Part shown: positions 48,090 to 58,232 of the stretch, in pieces
How the letters are laid out: each line of letters begins with the position of its first letter
Numbering within the stretch: the first letter of the stretch is position 1
Assembly: GCA_963675755.2 (NCBI GenBank)
Contig: CAXXMD010000003.1
Coordinates: 1,728,001-1,792,000, forward strand
Origin: a bacterium
Lineage (GTDB): Bacteria; Zhuqueibacterota; Zhuqueibacteria; Residuimicrobiales; Krinioviventaceae
Reading direction: 5' to 3'
Length of the DNA stretch: 64,000 nt
Notes under the pieces: model-generated
Told to the model about the DNA's origin: nothing
The model's input: only the letters and a program-made list of their open reading frames with translations
Databases searched by the model: none
Translations under genes and position numbers: made by a program

Positions 48090-49421
48090 ATGAACAGATT
48101 AGACCGTGATCTTTTTAGACGGATGCCGGATGGAACAGAAAAACATATCAATCCGTTTACCGGTACCGAAGTTTGGTTCATACCGGGACGCGGGAATCGC
48201 CCCATTAACACTGTCCGTCCTGATGACATAAAGCCTATTCAGAAAAAAAAGGATGAAGATTACTGTGATTTCTGTTCAACGCTTTATTTTAATACAACAC
48301 CGGAAAAATCCCGAGTTCAAATAATTGATGGTAAATATCAGTACTTTGAAAATCTGCAGCCGCATGAAATTTTGACAACGCCTGCAGAATTCCGGCGAAT
48401 TTCAAATTTGTTTGAAATTGTTCGGATTGATTATTGGAAAAAGAATTATGATTACCGCTTGTCAGACAAGAACCAGCAGCGTAAAGATGCCTATTTGTCA
48501 ACCGAGCTGGGTCGAAATCACATTGTTTCCATGATCAATATGAAATTGAAATATACAGGTGTAGCGGATTCTGAAATTGCCAAAATGACTGTGGATGAAA
48601 AGATTGCAATGAGTGACGCTTTTTTTGGTGGTACGCATGAACTTATTATTCCACGCCGTCATTATCGGGATGATGCTAAACAGACCATAGATCTTGCTTC
48701 TTCGGGTGCGTTGACACCCGAAGAGCATTTTCAATATTTTCAGTTTACCATCAGAGCCATGCAGGATATGTACGAGAACGTAAGATACGTCCGCTATGTC
48801 AGTGTTTTTCAAAATTGGCTGCGAGAGGCTGGCGCTTCTTTCGAGCATTTGCACAAACAACTTGTAGGACTCGATGAATGGGGTGTATCTGTTGAGCGCG
48901 AGATAGAGATGGCGGCACGGAATCCCAATATCTATAATGAATATGCGGCCAATTTTGCGTCTTATAATAATTTTGTGATCTGTGAAAATGATTATGCTAT
49001 TGCCTTTGCAGATTTGGGGCACCGGAACCCTACGGTTGCTATCTATTCTAAAAGTGAGAATTGTCGTCCCAATGATCATTCACCCAGTGAATTGCGCGGA
49101 TTTAGCGACCTTGTGCATGCTATTCATGCAGCAATGGGGCCGGGAATTTCATGTAATGAAGAGTGGTATTATATGCCGGTGGACAGTGTGGTACCCATGC
49201 CCTGGCATGTATTGATAAAATGGCGTATTAATATTTCGGCGGGATTTGAAGGCGGAACCAAGATTTATGTAAATCCATTGTCTATTTCACAGGTGCGCGA
49301 TATCATAGTACCGCGCTTGTTTGATCTGCGTACCCATGGCAAAGTAAGCGATATGCATATTGCGGCTGAATGTCCTGTTAAACCCAATTCTTTAAAATAT
49401 TACAAGCATCAGCCCCAATGA
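48090..49421 (+). CDS. DUF4921 family (GalT/HIT-like nucleotidyltransferase fold)
   Basis: DGT.K..NPFTGTEVW..PGR.NRP; FQNWL..AGASFEHLHKQ (HxHxQ); AGFEGGT.IY.N. Confidence 0.85.
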   Translation: MNRLDRDLFRRMPDGTEKHINPFTGTEVWFIPGRGNRPINTVRPDDIKPIQKKKDEDYCDFCSTLYFNTTPEKSRVQIIDGKYQYFENLQPHEILTTPAEFRRISNLFEIVRIDYWKKNYDYRLSDKNQQRKDAYLSTELGRNHIVSMINMKLKYTGVADSEIAKMTVDEKIAMSDAFFGGTHELIIPRRHYRDDAKQTIDLASSGALTPEEHFQYFQFTIRAMQDMYENVRYVRYVSVFQNWLREAGASFEHLHKQLVGLDEWGVSVEREIEMAARNPNIYNEYAANFASYNNFVICENDYAIAFADLGHRNPTVAIYSKSENCRPNDHSPSELRGFSDLVHAIHAAMGPGISCNEEWYYMPVDSVVPMPWHVLIKWRINISAGFEGGTKIYVNPLSISQVRDIIVPRLFDLRTHGKVSDMHIAAECPVKPNSLKYYKHQPQ

Positions 49422-49422
49422 T

Positions 49423-51840
49423 CTAAACCGGAGGCTGACGGTAAAATTCAATACGACTAGAGAGGCCGTGTTTAAAATACGGCCTTGATATGATCCAGGG
49501 ATTGAAAACTGCTTCTGCCGGTTGCCATGCGCTTTCGTCTATGACCTGAATTTCATTTATATCTGTTTGTTGGGTTAATGCGGCTTTCCAGCTTTCGTTT
49601 GACTGGATGATGAGATTGGGTTCCTCACATTCAAACCAGATGTTTCCCGCGGCTTTTGTTTCTTTTTTATATTGCTTAACCTGTACGGTTATTATATTTT
49701 CACCCTTTTGTAAATAATCTTCTACACGCCAGTATTTTACACGTTCAGCTTCTACAATGGCGGATAAGGTTCTTGAGGCTACCGCAGTGCCTACCAGATT
49801 GCCATTAATCCAAACAGCCGCATGTGTCTCCGCAATGATTTGGATCCACGCTGTTTTGGGCAATTCGTCTAAAAGTATCCTTTTCTGTAGAACGACTCCG
49901 GGAATGGATTCATCTTTGGAGGGAAATGAGATAAACCGTGATTCCAGATTGCCATTCAATTGTACATTCCCCTGCATGATTTCCTGCTGTTTTATCTTGA
50001 TTTCTTTTTCAACGCGTTCCATCAGTGTCAGTATACGGTGCAGGTTGTCTTTTTTATTGTAGGTTAACCAGATGGTTTTGTAATCTGTTTTGATTTCCGT
50101 CAGTTTTTCAATCAGCAGATTCATTTGGTCTGATAAAGCTAATTTTTGTTCTCTGTCCGGGATATGTAATTTCAACTTTTGTAAATCAATTCGCAGATTG
50201 TACAAAATGCCTACCCACTCGTACATACGGGCGCAGAGATTAAGAATATCTAAATGGCTTGTATCAAGTCCTATTTCTTTTCTTAATTGTTTAATCTCTT
50301 TTTGTGCTTGCTTGGCCAGCAAGGGCAATTCATTGGCCCGTTTAAGAAAATGCTGCTTGTCTCTTTGTCCGGGGTAAAAGGGGTGCCCGAAAAAATGGTT
50401 TAGATCATAATAATCTGAACAGGAGGAAAGGAGGTGGTACACAGAAGCAATACCGGGATCCTCACAGTGCAAGAATTGATAGAAAAAACGGTCTTCAAAA
50501 TCTGCAATGTCATTGCTGTCCGGATTCCATGATAATTCAGCTCCATAGGCAAATGGGTAAGTGTTGAGTTCACGCATGTTACCGCCACCAAAATCTCCCC
50601 ACGCGGAATTGATAACGCCTATGGTGTTGTTTTCATGGCCATCTTTAATGATGCCGGCAATGTTTGTACGGGCGTGGGTTAGATCGGGGAAAATGCGGCT
50701 CCAGCTTTGTGTGCCGGGAGAAACAATAAAAGGTTTGCCGCTTTTTTTAAATATCTCTGTTGATGAATAGGGGGATTGGAGATCATAATGCCAGTCCACA
50801 ATAATGACATTGTCAGGGATGTATTGTAAAATTTCGGGATAGTCTAAAATAATATCACCATACATCATGATCTGTTTGTTGTGCTTTTTTACCAGCTCAA
50901 AGACTTTGAGGTAATGGTCGGCATGGACCTTGGCGTTGCCATGTTTTTCCGTTTTTTCCCGACTGGCGCCGTGTCCAATATCCCATGATTCATCAGCACC
51001 AATATTGATGTATGCTGAATCGAAAACCGGTAAAAATTCATCAAGCAGTGTTTCCAGAAACTTGTATGTTTTGGGTGAAACCGCATTGAGTGAAGACGCA
51101 CCCGGGTATTCCGCATGCTCTATAAATTCGGGCTGGATTAGAATGTTTTCAAAATGTCCCAGAGTTTGAAATACCGGAATGATTTGTATGTTTAGTGCTT
51201 TTGCGTAATCCTGAAGCTCGCGGCATTCTTTTGCAGAGAGGGCACCGCGGTTACTACCGATTTGTGGAAAGGCTTTAAACTGGAACATGTCTTCCAGATA
51301 AGGCATATAGACGTTAATTTTGAATTGGGCCAGCCTGTCAAGTATGGTTTTAAAATTCTCCAGTGTAGAGACCTGTCCTCTGCTGATGTCATCCGAAACA
51401 CCACGGATAGAGAAATATGGCCAGTCTTTAATTATAGTGCCTGGGATTTTGTCAGAGGATGAGTACTGCTGAAAGATCTGCTGCAAGGTGGAAATTCCAT
51501 AAAACATGCCGGCGTTACTTTTTGCCAAAAGAATAATTTGGTCTTTTTGAATGTCCAGAATGTAACCTTCATTGTGGAGAGCAGTGTTAAATTTGATGTT
51601 GCCGTCGGGTGAGCAATATTGCAGATTTTTTTCTTCCGCAATTAACAGCAAAATACTGTATTGCCTCATATCTGTTTCTAACGAGTCAATAATTTCCAGC
51701 TTTTTAGTATTCCCAAATAATTTTGACAATTGTTCAGCCTGTGATTGGAACATCGGGCTGAAACCAATAGTAAAAGTACTAGGTTTGATTAAGTGATGTT
51801 CTTTGTTATTGAATATTCTGGGTTTTGGGATGATTTTCAT
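49423..51840 (-). CDS. GH20 beta-N-acetylhexosaminidase-like protein with C-terminal beta-sandwich
   Basis: EGY.L.I, G.FYG..TL.Q, I.DWP....RG...D.SRG, Q.LGH, IGADE (catalytic DE), WGD.G. Confidence 0.9.
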   Translation of the reverse strand: MKIIPKPRIFNNKEHHLIKPSTFTIGFSPMFQSQAEQLSKLFGNTKKLEIIDSLETDMRQYSILLLIAEEKNLQYCSPDGNIKFNTALHNEGYILDIQKDQIILLAKSNAGMFYGISTLQQIFQQYSSSDKIPGTIIKDWPYFSIRGVSDDISRGQVSTLENFKTILDRLAQFKINVYMPYLEDMFQFKAFPQIGSNRGALSAKECRELQDYAKALNIQIIPVFQTLGHFENILIQPEFIEHAEYPGASSLNAVSPKTYKFLETLLDEFLPVFDSAYINIGADESWDIGHGASREKTEKHGNAKVHADHYLKVFELVKKHNKQIMMYGDIILDYPEILQYIPDNVIIVDWHYDLQSPYSSTEIFKKSGKPFIVSPGTQSWSRIFPDLTHARTNIAGIIKDGHENNTIGVINSAWGDFGGGNMRELNTYPFAYGAELSWNPDSNDIADFEDRFFYQFLHCEDPGIASVYHLLSSCSDYYDLNHFFGHPFYPGQRDKQHFLKRANELPLLAKQAQKEIKQLRKEIGLDTSHLDILNLCARMYEWVGILYNLRIDLQKLKLHIPDREQKLALSDQMNLLIEKLTEIKTDYKTIWLTYNKKDNLHRILTLMERVEKEIKIKQQEIMQGNVQLNGNLESRFISFPSKDESIPGVVLQKRILLDELPKTAWIQIIAETHAAVWINGNLVGTAVASRTLSAIVEAERVKYWRVEDYLQKGENIITVQVKQYKKETKAAGNIWFECEEPNLIIQSNESWKAALTQQTDINEIQVIDESAWQPAEAVFNPWIISRPYFKHGLSSRIEFYRQPPV

Positions 51841-51934
51841 AGTAAATTTAAATAATTATGCGGTTTTTACTTGCTATTTTATTTCAGTTTGTTTAAATAT
51901 AAATAGGGCTATTGGAAAATAAAAAATTAATGCA

Positions 51935-51961
51935 GGAATTTCAAGTGAAATTCGGAGGTTG
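51935..51961 (+). promoter_or_regulatory. SigR/SigH-type ECF promoter upstream of its own sigma gene
   Basis: GGAAT(51935-51939)-18 bp-GTTG(51958-51961). Confidence 0.5.
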
Positions 51962-52051
51962 TGACGCATTGATGACTCGGGGAGATGGAATTCTTGTTAT
52001 GGTTGTAACATTTGTTTAATATTAACATTAATCAAATGAAAGGGGCAAAAA

Positions 52052-52648
52052 ATGAGTAAAGTTTTAATTCCGCTTTCGGAACATAAGCGGACCAAGTTTG
52101 AAGATGTTTCTCTGCAATACATGGATTTACTCTATAGCTCCGCACTTCGTTTAACAAAAAATTCTGCTGAAGCAGAGGACCTTGTGCAAGACACTTATTT
52201 ACGTGCTTATCGGTTTTTTGAAAAATTTCAGGAAGGAACCAATTTTAAAGCCTGGATTTTCAGAATCATGACGAATACCTTTATTAACCGGTATCGCAAA
52301 AAAGCACGATCACCACAACAGGTAGAGTTGGAAAAAGTATCTTTTTTTATTGAAGATGAAGGCCCCGGATACGAATCCATTACAAATAATGTGTTTGAAC
52401 AAGACACATACAGGGAATTATTTGATGATGAGATCAATGGTGCACTCGATCGATTGTCTGATAATTTTAGAGAAATTATTGTGTTGGCAGATGTTGAAGG
52501 ATTAACATATAAAGAAATAGCAGAAAAAGCAGAGATCCCTTTGGGGACGGTCATGTCACGATTGTTTAGAGCAAGACGCATGCTGCAAAAGAATTTATAT
52601 GGAGTAGGTAAGGAGCGCGGTTATTTGCATGAACCCGGATACGCATGA
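52052..52648 (+). CDS. ECF sigma factor (SigH/SigR-like)
   Basis: [55 protein letters not shown]. Confidence 0.93.
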   Translation: MSKVLIPLSEHKRTKFEDVSLQYMDLLYSSALRLTKNSAEAEDLVQDTYLRAYRFFEKFQEGTNFKAWIFRIMTNTFINRYRKKARSPQQVELEKVSFFIEDEGPGYESITNNVFEQDTYRELFDDEINGALDRLSDNFREIIVLADVEGLTYKEIAEKAEIPLGTVMSRLFRARRMLQKNLYGVGKERGYLHEPGYA

Positions 52649-53943
52649 ATGTGTAATGTTTTGGTTCAGACGGGACCTGCGTTTGCAAGACAACGCAGGC
52701 CTGTTTGAAGCCCTGAATAGTGGATATAAAGTAGTCCCCGTTTTTATTTTTGATACAGTTATTTTAGACCCCTTAAAAGACCCAAAAGATAAGCGCGTTA
52801 CGTTTATCCATTCAACATTAAAATCCTTACACAATCAACTTTTAGATGTTAAAAGTGGTTTGATTGTCAGGCATGGTGAGCTTGAGGTGGTTTGGAATGA
52901 ATTGTTTAACAGGTACAAACCCAAAGCACTTTATTTAAACCACGATTATGAGCCTTATGCCATTGAGCGAGATAATCGTATTGAAAAACTCTGTAAATCC
53001 CAGGGAATAAGATTTCGGAGTTGTAAAGATCAGGTGATTTTTGAAAAAGATGAGGTAGTAAAGCCGGATGGAAAGCCATATACGGTATTTACTCCTTTTA
53101 AAAACAGATGGCTGAAAACACTCCAACCCACTGATCTTGAAACAAAAGATTCAAAAGCGAATTTAAATCAGTTTTTCAAGTTTGAAAATACTCCTCAACT
53201 GCCGGGATTAAAAGAAATAGGATTCGAGCCTGCTGATACCCGTTTCCCGGATAGTGTTCCGGATCTGCAAATCATTCGCAATTATCACAGTACACGGGAT
53301 TTTCCGGCTATTGATGGAACAACCCATCTGGGGCTGCATTTGCGCTTTGGAACGGTCAGTATCAGAGAGCTGGTTCAGCTTGCAATACATGAAAATGATG
53401 TCTGGCTTTCGGAATTGATTTGGCGCGAGTTTTTTATGATGATTTTATATCATTTTCCCCCATGTTGAAAACCAATCTTTTCGGGAGAAATATAAAAACT
53501 TTCCCTGGCGGCACGATCCCGAGGCGTTTGAGCTTTGGTGCAACGGGCAAACCGGGTATCCTCTGGTGGATGCAGGTATGCGCGAATTGAACCAAACCGG
53601 ATATATGCACAACCGGGTCCGAATGATTACAGCTTCTTTTCTGAGTAAACATTTGTTGCTGGACTGGCGGTTGGGTGAACGGTATTTTGCTGAAAAACTG
53701 CTGGACTATGATTTGTCTGCCAATAATGGAAACTGGCAATGGGCCGCAGGAACGGGATGTGACGCCGCTCCGTTTTTTCGTATTTTTAATCCTACTACGC
53801 AGCAGCAAAAGTTTGACAAGGATTTCAAGTATATAAAAAAATGGGTGCCAAATGTGCATACGCCAGAATATTCTGGCCCGATTGTTGATCATTCTTTTGC
53901 CAGAAAGCGCGCTTTGGCTGCGTTTCATGGTTATTTTGATTAA
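52629..53943 (+). CDS. phrB: Class I CPD DNA photolyase, split by a +1 frameshift at ~53457-53461
   Basis: [29 protein letters not shown]. Deleting one C gives HFPHVENQ...[35 protein letters not shown]. Confidence 0.9.
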
Positions 53944-54099
53944 CTCAAATGCTAAAAAGATATTTTATTATTATCTATATACTGATTTATATCAGAGTTT
54001 TAGATAATATTTTCGTTTTTTTAAAAAGATATAATTTGATTTTAAAAATTAATTATAATAAATTGATATATTATAATATATGCTATTCAGGAATAATAT

Positions 54100-55326
54100 A
54101 TGAACGAAATTAACAAGCAGGAACTCGGAAACGTCCTGTTTATCTCCGAAGATGTAGATCTGACCAGATTGTTGAACAATGCTTTTAAACGGTCAGAAAT
54201 TGCTTTTTTTACCAACAGTAAGCAGGGATCACTGGAAATGCTGGGAAGGAAAGCTATTGATCTTGTGATATATGACTATCAATTGGCCCAGTCTGAATCT
54301 TTTGATTTTTTAAAGCAAATAAAATCCCAGCACCCTGATGTGCTGCGAGTCATACTAGGTGGATTTGTTGAGCAGCCGGCTGTAGTCAAAGCATTGACAG
54401 ATGGCCTTGCCGTCTCTTCATTTACCAAACCCCGGGATGCCAATGCAACTGAAATCCGCAAGGGATTGAATCGGATTTTAAATATCAGAAAGATATTACA
54501 CGGTAAAAAACTTGCTACTTTGATGAACAGTATCGAGTCTCTGCCTCATTTACCCTTGTTATATCAGGAATTTATGAAAGCTGTTGAGAGCAGGGCTGAT
54601 TATCAGGATTTCTCCCGGATTATCGAAAAAGATGCTTCTGTTGCTTCTGCGGTGCTGCATGTAACCAATTCAGCTTTTTACGGTAATATGGGTACTGCAT
54701 CGCTAGAACATGCAATCATGTATTTAGGTGTTGATGCTGTTCGGGATATCGTTTTGGCTGTTTCTCTTGCCAATCTCAAACCCTTGTCTCAAAAGCAAAT
54801 GGAAGAATTTCAGAAAATCATTAAACATTCTGCCTTTGTTAATAAATATCTGCAATATCTCTATAAATTGATGAATAACGAAACAATAAACTCTAATTAT
54901 AAATCTGTGGGTATCACTCACGATATTGGTAAAATTGTTTTGTTGCAATATTTCCCTGACCGATATGATGAAGTTATTGCTTGTATGAAGAGGAATCCCG
55001 AGTTGTCATTTTACGAATGTGAATTGTCGTTGGGATTTTCGGAAAGCACTCACGCGGAAATTGGTGCGTATCTGTTAGATCTATGGAATCTGCCGGATAT
55101 CTGTATAGAGGTTGCTTTGTTCCATCACCAAATTGATAAAAAAGACAGCAAGTTTACCAATATACTGGAAGCCGCTCATCTTGCCAATGATATCATCTGT
55201 GCTATTGAAAAAGGCGCAGATGAAAACAGTCTGAACTTTGGCCAGTTTCACATGGCCCATACTTTTAAAGATATTTTTGATGAGGTTGTAAGCCAAATTT
55301 ATCGCGACTATCTAGCCCTTAAATAA
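54100..55326 (+). CDS. REC-like plus HDOD domain signalling protein
   Basis: Degenerate receiver; LP.LP, IEKD...VL..TNSAFYG, HDIGK, E...G...THAEIGAYLL.LW.LP, FHH. Confidence 0.9.
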   Translation: MNEINKQELGNVLFISEDVDLTRLLNNAFKRSEIAFFTNSKQGSLEMLGRKAIDLVIYDYQLAQSESFDFLKQIKSQHPDVLRVILGGFVEQPAVVKALTDGLAVSSFTKPRDANATEIRKGLNRILNIRKILHGKKLATLMNSIESLPHLPLLYQEFMKAVESRADYQDFSRIIEKDASVASAVLHVTNSAFYGNMGTASLEHAIMYLGVDAVRDIVLAVSLANLKPLSQKQMEEFQKIIKHSAFVNKYLQYLYKLMNNETINSNYKSVGITHDIGKIVLLQYFPDRYDEVIACMKRNPELSFYECELSLGFSESTHAEIGAYLLDLWNLPDICIEVALFHHQIDKKDSKFTNILEAAHLANDIICAIEKGADENSLNFGQFHMAHTFKDIFDEVVSQIYRDYLALK

Positions 55327-55355
55327 ATCCAATTTTAAAATACGCAAAATATGTG

Positions 55356-55391
55356 ATCGGTACGAATAATTTTCGTACCGATTTTGTTTTT
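55356..55391 (+). terminator. Intrinsic terminator
   Basis: ATCGGTACGAA-taatt-TTCGTACCGAT, a perfect 11-bp stem with a T-rich tail. Confidence 0.75.
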
Positions 55392-55507
55392 ATATATAAC
55401 CTGTGTACCTGCAACTGTAATAAAAATAGTCCCTTGTGGCTATTGAAATCTTTGGCAGGCATTTTGATAGTATAAAAGTGTAATACTAGAAAATAGCGAG
55501 GGTTGTT

Positions 55508-58081
55508 ATGAAAATATATATATTGAAAATTGCATTTATTGTATGTTTTATTATTCCGTCGCTGATGTGGGGGCAGGAAAATTTTAGTTTTGAAGCCTAC
55601 CAGGACTATTTAAAAGCTACTGAAAACATGTCTGTTGATGCATTGTCATCAGAATATCCCATACAGAATACATATTATAAACAATTGAATACTGAGCATT
55701 CAATCGAATCCGCTGCCTATCTGGATTCTGTGATAGAAAAATACGAGTTGACCGAAGATGAGGTACAGCTGTTAAAGAATAATCATTTTATGGTGACAGA
55801 GCGTCTAAAGTTTAGTGCAATTGGCCAGGCATTCCATGATATTTATATCAAAGATATGCCGGTTTTTGTAACTACTGATGCAATTTTACAGGCGTTGCAT
55901 TCTTCATATGATCGAATTTTGATGGACCTTGAAATTGAATTGCTGGAGCCTTCATTGGATATCCAGTTGGAAAAGATGTATGAGCGGATGCCGGATCTTT
56001 TGAGCAAATATGCGAATGCAGGGTTTGATAATGAGCTGGGTGATGTTGATCTTTATATTACCATGGCCCTCTCATTATTAAGGGGGGAGGCCCAGCATAC
56101 CCAGTCTGGATTTGTAGACAATTTTGATGATGTTTGGCAGTCAATACAAGCTGAACAACCGGCATCCATGTCCCTTTTTACATTTGAGGAAAGAAAACGT
56201 CAGATTGATTTTAGCCAATTTACAGTGCGAGGACACTATACAAAGACGTACTGGAAAGATGGTGAGTCAAGAACGCTGGAAGATTATTTCAAGGCCATGA
56301 TGTGGTTGGGTCGTATTGATTTCTGGCTGACACCTCCGCCAGTGAATCCTTTTGAAAAAGAGTGGGAATGGTACGAGGTCCAGCGAATGGCGCGTGCTTC
56401 GCTCTTGATGAATGAGTTGATGGAAAGTGCGAATGTTTGGGAGCAACAGGAAGAGATAGACAAAATTATCACTTTTTTTGTAGGTGAAAGTGATAACATG
56501 ACACCTGCTGAACTGGCCCAGGTATGTTACGACAACAGTATAACCGTTGAATCCCTGGCGGATAGTGCAAGTATGGCTGCGTTTCAGGAAAAGTTGTTAG
56601 GTTCAGATGAATATGGCCAGAAAATTTTATCATCCATTATGATGATGGATCCCTACAGTGACGAGCCCGGTGTTTTACCGGTATCTTATAAATTGATGGG
56701 GCAGCGGTTTATTATTGATTCCTATGTACTTGGTAACGTTGTCTTTGACCGCATTGTTTTCAATGGGGCCAAGGTATGGCGCCCATTACCTTCCCCTTTG
56801 GATGCAATGTTTGTACTGGGCAATGATAATACCCTGCCCCTTTTAAAAGAAGAGTTGGAAACATACAACTATGCACAGAATTTGGCAAGTTTGAGATATC
56901 TGGTAGAAAGCTATGATGATTCTTATTGGGAAAAATCTTTATATAATGTCTGGCTGAATACCATACGAACCATTAATCCTGCTCAGGACCTTGAAACCTA
57001 TCCAGAGTTTATGAAATCTGCGGCATGGCACCAGTTAAAAATCAATACGCAACTGGCATCGTGGGCGCAGTTACGTCACGACAATTTGTTATACGCAAAA
57101 CAATCCTATACCGGTGCAACGGGATGTTCTTTTCCGCATTCATTTGTTGAGCCATATCCCGAGTTTTACAGAGGTATTCAGTTGTTTGCAGACAAGGCCG
57201 CAGCCTTTTTTGAAGGATATTCTCAAGACAGTTATATAATGCCCAATATTTTGGACTATTTTGAAAGACTGGGAAACAATATAGTAAAGTTAGAGTCGCT
57301 TTCATTAAAAGAATTGAACAATGAAACATTTAATGACAATGATGTTGAGTTCTTGCAATCCATGTTGTTTATAGGGGGTGGAAGCGGGCAGCCACCGTTT
57401 ACTGGTTGGTATGCAGATTTGTATTACGAACGGGAAGATCCGGCATTAATTGACCATGTTATTGCCGATGTGCACACACAACCTACCGATCAAGGGGGCG
57501 CACCAGTAGGTCATGTGCTGCATGTTTCTGTAGGCAAGTTTCAGCTTGGTTTTTTTGCTGCACCTTGTCCTACAAATGAATACGAAACAATGATCTTTGT
57601 GGGGCCGGTCATGTCGTATTATCAGCAAGTTACCAAAGATTTTAAACGATTGACCGACGAAGAGTGGAAAGAATCGGTAGAAACTGGTAATGTGCCGGAC
57701 CGTCCCGACTGGGTAAATATCTTCCTGGCTGATGAAACCGGAAATGCAATGCAGCAGGGGCGCGAGCTTCCGGCTGTAGTGCTGACCGATATTGGTAATG
57801 AGCAGGAGGCAGTGCCAATGCAATTCAGTCTTGAAGATAATTACCCAAACCCGTTCAACCCGCAAACAACGATTCATTATTCGATTGCCGCAGGTGGTCA
57901 TGTGAAGCTGTCTGTGTACGATCTACTTGGACGAGAAATACAGGTTCTGGTTAATGGAAATAAAGCAGCAGGCAGGCATCAGGCTGTATGGAATTCTGAA
58001 AAATTTGCTAGTGGAATATACTTTTACAAAATCGTGTCAGGTAGCTTTACAGCAACCAAAAAAATGACACTTTTGAAATAA
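55508..58081 (+). CDS. DUF3160 protein with T9SS-type-A-like C-terminal sorting domain (paralog 1)
   Basis: Signal peptide; FVTTD..L, DFSQF.VRGHY, YF.AMMWLGR, MGQRF..D, ASWAQLRHD..LYAKQ, IADVHT; C-terminal NYPNPFNP...SGIYFY...KKM.LLK. Confidence 0.88.
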   Translation: MKIYILKIAFIVCFIIPSLMWGQENFSFEAYQDYLKATENMSVDALSSEYPIQNTYYKQLNTEHSIESAAYLDSVIEKYELTEDEVQLLKNNHFMVTERLKFSAIGQAFHDIYIKDMPVFVTTDAILQALHSSYDRILMDLEIELLEPSLDIQLEKMYERMPDLLSKYANAGFDNELGDVDLYITMALSLLRGEAQHTQSGFVDNFDDVWQSIQAEQPASMSLFTFEERKRQIDFSQFTVRGHYTKTYWKDGESRTLEDYFKAMMWLGRIDFWLTPPPVNPFEKEWEWYEVQRMARASLLMNELMESANVWEQQEEIDKIITFFVGESDNMTPAELAQVCYDNSITVESLADSASMAAFQEKLLGSDEYGQKILSSIMMMDPYSDEPGVLPVSYKLMGQRFIIDSYVLGNVVFDRIVFNGAKVWRPLPSPLDAMFVLGNDNTLPLLKEELETYNYAQNLASLRYLVESYDDSYWEKSLYNVWLNTIRTINPAQDLETYPEFMKSAAWHQLKINTQLASWAQLRHDNLLYAKQSYTGATGCSFPHSFVEPYPEFYRGIQLFADKAAAFFEGYSQDSYIMPNILDYFERLGNNIVKLESLSLKELNNETFNDNDVEFLQSMLFIGGGSGQPPFTGWYADLYYEREDPALIDHVIADVHTQPTDQGGAPVGHVLHVSVGKFQLGFFAAPCPTNEYETMIFVGPVMSYYQQVTKDFKRLTDEEWKESVETGNVPDRPDWVNIFLADETGNAMQQGRELPAVVLTDIGNEQEAVPMQFSLEDNYPNPFNPQTTIHYSIAAGGHVKLSVYDLLGREIQVLVNGNKAAGRHQAVWNSEKFASGIYFYKIVSGSFTATKKMTLLK

Positions 58082-58112
58082 ATACCCTCCCTTCCAAGCT
58101 GTCCCTTGGCCC

Positions 58113-58147
58113 AAAAAAAGGAACCCTTCCCCGGGGTTCCTTTTTTT
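58113..58147. terminator. Bidirectional intrinsic terminator between the DUF3160 paralogs
   Basis: A7-GGAACCC...GGGTTCC-T7. Confidence 0.85.
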
Positions 58148-58156
58148 ATTTTTATA

Positions 58157-58185
58157 TTGCATTATCTTTTTTTATTACATAATTT
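58157..58185 (+). promoter_or_regulatory. Candidate sigma70 promoter for DUF3160 paralog 2
   Basis: TTGCAT-17 bp-TAATTT immediately after the terminator. Confidence 0.35.
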
Positions 58186-58232
58186 AAATAAGGGTGTTTT
58201 ACTTTTTTTGTGGAAAACCAGAGGGGTGTTTC

